From Nanobdellota archaeon (lineage in GTDB: Archaea; Nanobdellota; Nanobdellia; Woesearchaeales; JAUYGA01): a stretch of 32,000 nucleotides of DNA. Below the pieces are notes generated by a model that saw only the letters and a list, made by a program, of their open reading frames with translations, ran no database searches and had not been told where the DNA came from. The stretch lies in the NCBI GenBank assembly GCA_030690755.1, contig JAUYGA010000030.1, positions 1 through 32,000 on the forward strand. Reading direction: 5' to 3'. Shown piece after piece: positions 1 to 7,362 of the stretch (its first letter is position 1; each line of letters opens with the position of its first letter). Made by a program: the position numbers and the translations under genes.

Positions 1-72
1 GTCATCTTTTATTGTAGCAGTTATTGTGTCTTGATGAACATCAAGACCAGCAAATAATTGCATTTTTTCCAT
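1..72 (-). mobile_element. IS110-family (DEDD) transposase, N-terminal 24 codons only; the gene continues past the left window edge
   Basis: The reverse translation from the ATG at 70-72 gives MEKMQLFAGLDVHQDTITATIKDD. The x-G-(I/L)-D-V-H-x-D pattern near the N-terminus is typical of IS110/IS1111 transposases. A GGAGGTG Shine-Dalgarno-like motif (rc of 77-83) lies just upstream. Confidence 0.5.
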
Positions 73-197
73 AAAAACACCTCCTATTTTAACACTAAGC
101 TGCCAAGCAACTTAATAAAGAATTCTCATCGCTTCACATACTTTTTTTCACAAAATTAATAAATAAAACGTATAAAACATGGTTAGGTGGTAAAAAT

Positions 198-479
198 ATG
201 CTAGAATCAAAAATAGGCAACACCCCCAATAGTAACGCACCTGAAGCTGCTTTTGAAGAGCTCTTGAATCTTATGACTCAGATAAGCATAACTGCAAAGT
301 CCGGCATGTTCAGCGCTCCAATGATAGATAGATTTTCAGAATTGTACGGAAGACATAACAGCAAACTTAACAAGCAGCAGCTTGATGTTTTGAAAAACCA
401 AGAAAACAAACTCAGGAATGAGACCTGCTATGATAATTTTTATGAACATTCTCTGTTGGCTTGTGTTTACAATTACTGA
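198..479 (+). CDS. hypothetical small protein (93 aa); may be non-coding IS-end or intergenic sequence
   Basis: This is an ORF-track entry only and I recognise no motif. It lies between the IS110 start and the 3' end of the PurN-like gene. Confidence 0.2.
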   Translation: MLESKIGNTPNSNAPEAAFEELLNLMTQISITAKSGMFSAPMIDRFSELYGRHNSKLNKQQLDVLKNQENKLRNETCYDNFYEHSLLACVYNY

Positions 480-568
480 GTAACATAAAAATTTTATTGA
501 GATGAAAAATTTTAAAAACAATACTTTAGATGAGGTTTTCAATCTGGCGGATAATCTGCTTGTTGAAT

Positions 569-1405
569 TCAGTCTATTCTATAACCATCAGGTATTTTCT
601 GCAATTGCGCTGAATCATGTTTATCTTCGAAAAAAAGCGCTCCTCTTTCATCCTGTAAGTATTTACCTTGAGCAAGATAGGTGAGGGTATTTGGGAAAAT
701 TACCCAGTCACCAATTCTTTTAAGTCTGCTTTGGTGTACATTTGTTATTTCTTCTGCTTTTTTTGGTTCATCCTTAAAAAATTGGTTAATTTCTTCTTTA
801 CTAGGTGAATAACCAAACCATTCATGAAAATTAACTTCTAAGGGAGAAGAGATCATAAGAATTCTTCCGCCGTCAACAATTGGTTCGATTATGTGAGTTG
901 TTGACCTAAGCTCATGTTCTCCTGCTAAAATTGCGTCCCTTACTGCGTTGTCTCCTGTGTACTTTCTGCTTCCATCCTCATTTTTTATAGAAAGATCTGC
1001 AGGATGAACATTTATTCCAAGAAATGCACTAATTAATGGCGCTGTTGCAATACTCATATATCCAGCGTAAGCTGCAACTGTTGCGTCATATGGAGCTAAG
1101 GCGCGTACATTTTCTGCATCAAATTCTGCTCTGACTTCTAAATCTCGAAGCAGCGCATTTCTTTTTGCATAGAATCCCTTTTTGTCTCTCATGACAACAG
1201 GTATATCATATTCTTTTCCGATTCTTGCTGCATTGCAATCAAAAGTGTCGCTAAATATAACAACAACAGCGTAAGGAAATTTACCAAATTCTTTTTCGTA
1301 AGCTTTTTCTGTCTTGATGATTTCCACTAAATTAGTTCCACTACCAGACATCAGCCCTGCAACTCTCATCTGGCCATCTTCTGGGTTATGTAAGGGTTTT
1401 AACAT
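569..1405 (-). CDS. formyltransferase-family protein, PurN-like (phosphoribosylglycinamide formyltransferase-like) with a C-terminal extension
   Basis: It has the N-terminal GSGTNL motif, NVHPADL (equivalent to the HPSLLP region) and DGGRILMIS (equivalent to the DxGxII region). It sits directly downstream of purD on the same strand. Confidence 0.65.
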   Translation of the reverse strand: MLKPLHNPEDGQMRVAGLMSGSGTNLVEIIKTEKAYEKEFGKFPYAVVVIFSDTFDCNAARIGKEYDIPVVMRDKKGFYAKRNALLRDLEVRAEFDAENVRALAPYDATVAAYAGYMSIATAPLISAFLGINVHPADLSIKNEDGSRKYTGDNAVRDAILAGEHELRSTTHIIEPIVDGGRILMISSPLEVNFHEWFGYSPSKEEINQFFKDEPKKAEEITNVHQSRLKRIGDWVIFPNTLTYLAQGKYLQDERGALFFEDKHDSAQLQKIPDGYRID

Positions 1406-1453
1406 TTTTTGTCTACTACTTTTTTGTTTGTCTTTTATTGAATTGATACTTTT

Positions 1454-2770
1454 TTATCTGTTGGTTGCTTTGTCGGATATATCGCTTCTTATTGCCCATC
1501 CGCCTTCAACAGCAATTTTTGATGCTGCAGCATAGGCAGTTGTTTTTGCATCTATGATTCCATCAGCTGAATATGCAGTAACTCCTAAAACACGGCCACC
1601 GGCAGTGACGATTTTTTTATCTTCGCCTGCAAATGCTGTGCCTGCATGGAACACTTTAACATTTTGCATTGAAGCCACTTCTGCTAGGCCTTTAATTTCA
1701 AGTCCTTTTTTGTAATCACCAGGATAGCCTTGTGATGCAAGAACAACGCAGCAAGCTGCCCCGCCTTTTATTTCTAATTTTATTTCGTCAAGTTTTCCTT
1801 CAAGAGCAAGTGATAATGGCGCATACAATCCATTTTTCAACATCATCATTGCAGGCTGGCATTCTGGATCGCCAAATCTTGCATTGAACTCAATTACTTT
1901 TGGTCCATCTTTTGTCATCATCATTCCAGCATACAAAAATCCTTTGTATTCATGACCTCGTTCTTTCATTCTTTGCACTATAGGATTCATTATTTTATTT
2001 GCAACACAATTTACAACATGGAGTGGCGCGATTGGTGCTGGGCCATATGCGCCCATACCGCCGGTGTTTGGTCCTTTGTCGCCATCAAGCAGCGGTTTGT
2101 GGTCTTGAAATGAGATTCCAATTGGTAGAACTCTGTTTCCGTCAGATATTCCAAAAATTGAAAATTCTTCTCCAAAAAGTCTTTCCGCAATCAATACTTC
2201 TTGCCCATATGCGTCTGCATGTTTTGTTAATTCTTCTAAAGCTTCTTTTTTTGAATCACAAACTGTAACGCCTTTTCCTGCTGTTAGACCTCGCGCTTTT
2301 ATCACAATTCCCTCAGAATGAAAGTGCTTTATTGCCTCTGCAGCCTCTGCTGTCGAATGACATTTTGTTGATATCGCTTGAAGTATCCCAAGCTCTTTCA
2401 TTAAGTCATGAGAATAAAATTTGTCTGATTCAAGCTGTGTTGCTTCTTTTGTCGGGCCAAAAGCGCGATTGTATCCTTGTGAATTCAGATAATTGACAAT
2501 TCCGTTATTGAGAGGGTCTTCTGGGCCAACAACAACCAGGTCGATTCCTTCAGATTGTATGAATTTAAGAAAATCTGGGAATGATTCTGGTTTTATAAAA
2601 CTCTTCAAATAATTTGATGCTTTGTTTTCGCTTGCTGTTCCTGCATTTCCTGGCATGTAAATAACTTGAGCCACTTCATCGCTTTTGGCAAGGCTCTCTC
2701 CTAGTGCATGTTCTCTTCCACCTGAACCAATAACTGCAATCTTTTTTCCACCCATTTTGGCACCCTCCAA
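1454..2770 (-). CDS. purD: phosphoribosylamine--glycine ligase (GAR synthetase)
   Basis: It has the KIAVIGSGGREHAL N-terminus, ATP-grasp segments (GIVIKARGLTAGKGV, VIEFNARFGDPE) and a length of about 430 aa. Confidence 0.9.
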   Translation of the reverse strand: MEGAKMGGKKIAVIGSGGREHALGESLAKSDEVAQVIYMPGNAGTASENKASNYLKSFIKPESFPDFLKFIQSEGIDLVVVGPEDPLNNGIVNYLNSQGYNRAFGPTKEATQLESDKFYSHDLMKELGILQAISTKCHSTAEAAEAIKHFHSEGIVIKARGLTAGKGVTVCDSKKEALEELTKHADAYGQEVLIAERLFGEEFSIFGISDGNRVLPIGISFQDHKPLLDGDKGPNTGGMGAYGPAPIAPLHVVNCVANKIMNPIVQRMKERGHEYKGFLYAGMMMTKDGPKVIEFNARFGDPECQPAMMMLKNGLYAPLSLALEGKLDEIKLEIKGGAACCVVLASQGYPGDYKKGLEIKGLAEVASMQNVKVFHAGTAFAGEDKKIVTAGGRVLGVTAYSADGIIDAKTTAYAAASKIAVEGGWAIRSDISDKATNR

Positions 2771-2934
2771 TTATTTTTATTTCTGGTCGCTAAATTAGTT
2801 TATAAGTTTATCTGTGTTGCAGAATATATTTACTTTTTAGAAGTACTGACAAATCTGAATTTATTTTAAAAAATTAAAAGAAATATTTTTAGTGAAAATA
2901 AAGCAGTTAATTTATCTAACCCTTTTAGACTAAT

Positions 2935-4158
2935 TCATATCTTCAGATTCTTTTTTATGCTTTCAATCGCTTTCTTGATGTCTTTAGGATGACCAAATGC
3001 GCTAAGCCTGACAAAGCCTTCGCCGCTCGGGCCAAAACCTGAACCTGGTGTGCATACGACATTCGCTTCCTCAAGAAGTTTGCTGAAAAAATCCCATGAA
3101 CTCATCTGATTCGGGCATTTCATCCAGATATAAGGAGCATTGACGCCACCATAGCATTTTATTCCAATGCTTTCCAGGCCTTTTTTGATTACAGAAGCGT
3201 TTTTCATATATAGGTCAATTACTTTTTGCGTTTCTTTTAGTCCTTTCTTGTCAAGAGCTGCAATGCCGCCTTCTTGGGCAATGTTAGACGCGCCGTTAAA
3301 CTTTGTGCATTGTCTTCTGTTCCACAGCGAATTGAGATTTGCTCCATCTTCTGTCATCAATGTTTTTGGAACAACAGTCCAGCCAAGTCTAACGCCAGTA
3401 AAGCCTGCTTCTTTTGAGAAACTGTTTATTTCTATTGCGCATCTCTTTGCGCCAGGTATCTCATAGATGCTTCTAGGCAAACTTGAATCATAAATAAACC
3501 GTTCATAAGCTGAATCAAATATAATGACTATTTTGTTTTTAATCGCATAATCTACAAATTTCTTCAATTGTTCTTTAGTTGCAACTGCGCCTGTTGGATT
3601 GTTAGGGCTGCAGATGTATATTATGTCAACTTTTTCTTGAGGTATCTCTGGGAAAAAGCCATTTTTTTCAGTGCAAGGCATATAGACTATCCCTTCATAT
3701 TGTCCATTTTCCCGAATCTTGCCTGTCCTTCCAGCCATGACATTGCTGTCCACATAAACTGGATATGCAGGGTCCTGGATTGCGATTATAGATTCTTTTG
3801 AGAATAATTCCTGGATATTTGCAGTATCAGATTTTGCGCCGTCGCTTACAAATATCTCATCAGCCTCAATCTTTTCGACAGCTTTTTTGTACTTCACTTC
3901 AGCAATTTTCTTTCTCAGCTCAGTATTGCCTTGCTCATCGCCATAGCCCGTGTAAGTTTCAACAGAAGCGAGCTTTTTAACACCCACGCCAAGTCCTTTA
4001 ATGATGCTTGATGGCAGGGGTTCAGTAGTGTTTCCTATACCTAGGCGCATTATCTTTACGCCAGGATGTTTCTCGGAAAAAGCTCTTGTTCTTTTTGCTA
4101 GCTCAGGAAACAGATAGCCTCCTGGAAGATTTTTGTAAGCTGGATTTGAATTTGCCAT
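2935..4158 (-). CDS. dapL: LL-diaminopimelate aminotransferase (class I/II PLP aminotransferase)
   Basis: The N-terminus (NPAYKNLPGGYLFPELAKR...KHPGVKIMRLGIGNTTEPLP), the SPNNPTG motif and SFSKEAGFTGVRLGW (PLP-lysine region) match DapL-type enzymes. The length is 407 aa. Confidence 0.8.
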   Translation of the reverse strand: MANSNPAYKNLPGGYLFPELAKRTRAFSEKHPGVKIMRLGIGNTTEPLPSSIIKGLGVGVKKLASVETYTGYGDEQGNTELRKKIAEVKYKKAVEKIEADEIFVSDGAKSDTANIQELFSKESIIAIQDPAYPVYVDSNVMAGRTGKIRENGQYEGIVYMPCTEKNGFFPEIPQEKVDIIYICSPNNPTGAVATKEQLKKFVDYAIKNKIVIIFDSAYERFIYDSSLPRSIYEIPGAKRCAIEINSFSKEAGFTGVRLGWTVVPKTLMTEDGANLNSLWNRRQCTKFNGASNIAQEGGIAALDKKGLKETQKVIDLYMKNASVIKKGLESIGIKCYGGVNAPYIWMKCPNQMSSWDFFSKLLEEANVVCTPGSGFGPSGEGFVRLSAFGHPKDIKKAIESIKKNLKI

Positions 4159-4316
4159 AGTGAATATAGAATGCGCAATTGGTTTTTATAGTTTGCTGTT
4201 TTTACGGCCAATATGAACCCTGCAGCCAGCAGCAATATATGATGCTCTATTAAACAAATTATAATAAGCGGTTCCTTTTGAGAAATTTTCGGCTTAAAAA
4301 TCGCATTAGATGATTC

Positions 4317-5579
4317 TCAAGTTTTTTGGTTAATGATCCATTTCCATACGGGCATTATTGTAATTTTTTTATTCTTGATATTTATCTCATCTGCTTGCTC
4401 ATAGGTAAGCAACAGTCCTTTGTTCAGCTTGAATTTATCCATTGCTTCTAATAACCCATTCACTTCCCTCTCCTTATTCTTTTCATCCAACAAATGGCAC
4501 ACCTGTATGCTTTCTCTGATCTTTGTTCCATCTTTGACAATAAAGTCGCATTCATTTTTGCCGACGAAATAGTATGTTTCTTTTTTCGCTCTTTTTAGTT
4601 CTATAAAAACAATGTTTTCCAGTATCCTTCCCTTGTTTTCAGAGAAGTTCAGGCCAGTTATTTTATGGAAGGCCGAGTCGACAATATAGATCTTTCTCGC
4701 CGTGTTCAATTGTCTTTTTGCAGAGAAGTCAAATCTCAGAAGTTCGAAAAACAGATATGAGTTCTGCAAGTAAGAGATGTATTCTTTCACAGTTATTGCG
4801 TTTGACAAGCCAAGGCTTTTCTTAAGCGAATTATATGTGAATTGCGATGAAAGGTTCGTCGCCAATAAGTTTACGAGTTCCTTTAGTATTTTCTGTTTCT
4901 TTATGGCGTATCTGGCTATTATGTCCCTATAAAGAATGTTCTCATAGATTGTCCTTATATAATCATCATCTTTGTTTTTCAGATATTCAGGCATGCCGCC
5001 TTCATTTACAAAATATTCAAAGTTTTTTATTATTCTGATTTTTTTTTCAAGAACATATGCAGTATTTTTTTCAATCTTTATTTCTTTTGAATCAAGATAC
5101 TCTGAAAAAGAGAATGGATAAACTTCGAAGGCCTTATATCTGCCTGTTAATCTGGTTCCTAATTCTTTGCTGAGCAGGGAGGCATTAGAGCCTGTGATGA
5201 TTATCTTCTTGCCATTATCCTGAAGTCGTCTTACAAATGTCTCAAATTTTTCTATGTTTTGTATTTCATCGAAAAAATAGATTTTCGGTATTCCATAAGC
5301 TTCCATAAGCACCTCGTTAAGCAGCTCAAAATCCTGGGCCCTGAAATCTATGAATCTTTCATCTTCAAAATTGACATAGCAGTAATCATCTTTCTTTTGC
5401 ATTACCTGTTTAAGCAAAGTGGATTTTCCGCTTCTTCTGACGCCTGTTAATATTATTATGCGGTTATCCTTGAAGGAGTTCAGAATATCGGCTAGAATGG
5501 TTCTAGTAACTGTTTTTTCAATAGTGATTGTATTCTTTTGCTGAGCAATAACTTGCCTGAGAGTTTCTTTCTGTATCAT
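4317..5579 (-). CDS. AAA-type ATPase of the archaeal ATPase / DUF4143 family (COG1373-like)
   Basis: It has a Walker A motif (GVRRSGKST) and a Walker B-like motif (IYFFDEIQ). The length and C-terminal architecture are typical of the DUF4143 family. A TATA-like tttatatataaa lies about 25 nt upstream of the ATG. Confidence 0.7.
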   Translation of the reverse strand: MIQKETLRQVIAQQKNTITIEKTVTRTILADILNSFKDNRIIILTGVRRSGKSTLLKQVMQKKDDYCYVNFEDERFIDFRAQDFELLNEVLMEAYGIPKIYFFDEIQNIEKFETFVRRLQDNGKKIIITGSNASLLSKELGTRLTGRYKAFEVYPFSFSEYLDSKEIKIEKNTAYVLEKKIRIIKNFEYFVNEGGMPEYLKNKDDDYIRTIYENILYRDIIARYAIKKQKILKELVNLLATNLSSQFTYNSLKKSLGLSNAITVKEYISYLQNSYLFFELLRFDFSAKRQLNTARKIYIVDSAFHKITGLNFSENKGRILENIVFIELKRAKKETYYFVGKNECDFIVKDGTKIRESIQVCHLLDEKNKEREVNGLLEAMDKFKLNKGLLLTYEQADEINIKNKKITIMPVWKWIINQKT

Positions 5580-5739
5580 ACTAAATAGTAATTAGTATTT
5601 ATATATAAATCTTTGCATTGGAAATTAGTATGATAAATGCAAGGCGTTTTCCACCCGATGCGGGCAGCGGTCAATCATCGTGACTGTTGAAATACCAATT
5701 AAATCATTGAGCAAATACCAAAATCAAAGAGCGTTATTC

Positions 5740-6240
5740 TTAGAAGTTGCTTATCTTTTCTTCCAGACCAGAACCTTTTGGGATGTACAATTTCGCTTTG
5801 TTCACTTCTATCGCATCAAATTCATTGTTGCCTGGAAAATCTTTTTTGTGGATATAGATGAAAGGACCTGTTTTTGGATTTGCGACTGGAAATTGGTTTA
5901 CATGTTTCCATGAAAAAAACCAGATATCTCGTTGTTTGATTAATTTTTCAATTTTTTCAGTTTCTGTTGTTTTAACTGAAGAAGGCGATTTGCTGATATC
6001 ATAAATCATAAAAGCCCAGTAAAGATTTTTTCCAGGGTTTTCTTCCTTGAATTTAGTTGGTTGGTCTGCTGCTACTGTGAATGTTTGGTGGCACTTTTCA
6101 TATCTGCATTTGAGCTCAATTCCAGTATCATGGTCATAAAGGTCTATGCCTCCATTCTCTGTGTGGCGCATGTTAAGCAGTTTGCCTAGCCAATTCACAT
6201 TACATCTTTCAATATAATTCATAAAAGTTCGTGCATCCAT
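5740..6240 (-). CDS. hypothetical protein, possible PD-(D/E)xK nuclease fold
   Basis: The only hint is a D...D-x-G-I-E-L-K segment (IDLYDHDTGIELKC) resembling the D-(x)n-ExK restriction-endonuclease-like motif. It lies upstream of the ATPase on the same strand. Confidence 0.35.
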   Translation of the reverse strand: MDARTFMNYIERCNVNWLGKLLNMRHTENGGIDLYDHDTGIELKCRYEKCHQTFTVAADQPTKFKEENPGKNLYWAFMIYDISKSPSSVKTTETEKIEKLIKQRDIWFFSWKHVNQFPVANPKTGPFIYIHKKDFPGNNEFDAIEVNKAKLYIPKGSGLEEKISNF

Positions 6241-6423
6241 TTAGTTGAGTATTGGATGATTTGTTTTAAAGTTTGTGTAACATTTATGTAAAATTCAGAA
6301 AACTTTCAGAAATTCCGTGATAATTACGCATTTTTATCGTCAATAACCACTCGCCTCACTCGCCAACCACCCTGTGAAGGTATATAAATCACTTAATCCT
6401 ATGTAGAATAAGAAAAATAAAAA

Positions 6424-6465
6424 CTGGACTTATGATCCAGTCAACACATGCACCTGTGAAGTTGA
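6424..6465 (+). repeat. partial duplicate of the tRNA anticodon arm plus the start of the variable arm, followed by its own bulged hairpin
   Basis: 6424-6458 matches 6532-6566 at 33 of 35 positions. The copy folds as CTGGA/TCCAG (loop CTTATGA), followed by TCAAC-ACA-[TGCACC]-TGT-GAA-GTTGA. Confidence 0.8.
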
Positions 6466-6504
6466 ATAATATGCGACAAGTATAAAAATTTATGGTTTTA
6501 AAAT

Positions 6505-6614
6505 GCCAGGGTGGTCGAGTCTGGTAAGACGCTGGACTTATGATCCAGTTGACACATGCACCTGTGTCACACGGGTTCAAACGTCAACATGGGCTGAAAA
6601 TCCCGTCCCTGGCG
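6505..6614 (+). tRNA. intron-containing tRNA: Ser-like class II body, anticodon loop CTTATGA (anticodon UAU), 19-nt BHB intron in the T-loop (6582-6600)
   Basis: The elements I can read are:
- Acceptor stem GCCAGGG/CCCTGGC, with G73.
- D arm GTCG-AGTCTGGTA-AGAC.
- Anticodon stem CTGGA/TCCAG.
- Variable-arm hairpin TGACACA-TGCACC-TGTGTCA.
- T stem ACGGG/CCCGT, whose loop is interrupted. Removing 6582-6600 restores TTCAAAT. Confidence 0.8.
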
Positions 6615-6732
6615 CATATATTTTAGATAGGATTGAAAATCAGTGATTTATCTGCGAGTCGCTCGCAGGCTCGCGACAAGTGCCTGCGCATTTTTAGTTA
6701 ATTTTTTATAGCCCTGTTATTTTCTTTAATTC

Positions 6733-7299
6733 ATGGCCCAAAAGGATGTTGAAATTGAACTTAAGTTTCCGTTGAATAATTCTTCTGAAGTAATTAAGTT
6801 TCTGAGTAAGAATGCGGAACTGAAAGCAAGGGATGTTCTTCAGAAGGATATCTATTTTATTCCTGCGCATAGGGATTTTTTGAATGTTAAATATCCGTTT
6901 GAGTGGCTCAGATTAAGGGAATCTCCTAAAGGCGCATCATTTAATTACAAGCATTTCCATCCAGAAAATGTTGAGAAGACTGATTATTGCGATGAATATG
7001 AAACAAATATTGAAACCCCTGAATCTGTCAAAAAGATACTGAAAAGTTTGGATTTTAAAGAAGCAGTGGTTGTTGAAAAGAAAAGAAGCGCTTGGGTTTT
7101 TGAGAAAACTGAAATCTCAATAGATGATGTTAAAGAATTGGGCTTTTTTATTGAGATAGAAGCGCTTGAACATTTGTCTGACGCTGCTTTTACAAAAAAA
7201 TATCTTTATGACGTTCTAAAGAAAATCAAAGCTGATGTCGGGAAAGAGGATTTGAGGGGTTATCCATTCAGAATTCTTGAGAAAAATCATCATGCGTAA
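6733..7299 (+). CDS. CYTH-domain protein (triphosphate tunnel metalloenzyme / class IV adenylate cyclase-like)
   Basis: It has the N-terminal EIELKF (ExExK) signature, a size of about 190 aa and a C-terminal FIEIE strand. Confidence 0.75.
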   Translation: MAQKDVEIELKFPLNNSSEVIKFLSKNAELKARDVLQKDIYFIPAHRDFLNVKYPFEWLRLRESPKGASFNYKHFHPENVEKTDYCDEYETNIETPESVKKILKSLDFKEAVVVEKKRSAWVFEKTEISIDDVKELGFFIEIEALEHLSDAAFTKKYLYDVLKKIKADVGKEDLRGYPFRILEKNHHA

Positions 7300-7362
7300 T
7301 CACTAATAAGTGGCTACATTTCCGAAAGGTTTATAAATAATATTTGCGTTTTCTCATTCATC

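Noticed and set aside
1999-2268. Numerous 60-120-aa track ORFs antisense to or nested inside clearly assigned genes. Examples are 1999-2268, 3167-3466, 11259-11614, 13255-13581, 14529-14954, 20704-21417, 21427-21759, 25284-25610 and 27809-28138.
   Set aside because: Each lies within a longer ORF carrying recognisable conserved motifs on the other strand or frame. They have low-complexity or hydrophobic shadow-ORF composition and no independent support.
6539-6541. AUA codon reassignment, implied by a Ser/Leu-like tRNA carrying a UAU anticodon.
   Set aside because: ATA codons occupy invariant Ile positions in polB in this window (FDIET at 16849-16851; SLYPSII at 17741-17743). The standard meaning of AUA therefore appears intact, and the anomaly is left as a property of the tRNA only.
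6549-6570. The variable-region hairpin TGACACA-TGCACC-TGTGTCA, considered as a second non-canonical tRNA intron.
   Set aside because: The stem is a perfect 7-bp helix with no 3-nt bulges, so there is no BHB or relaxed HBh' geometry. Together with the 3-bp D stem and G73, it is better read as a genuine class II variable arm. I note that 22 nt is on the long side.
6389-6580. A 63-aa minus-strand ORF over the tRNA locus.
   Set aside because: It overlaps the tRNA gene and its duplicated fragment, and its internal repeat (ACVNWIISP / ACVDWIISP) is simply the translated 35-nt DNA repeat.
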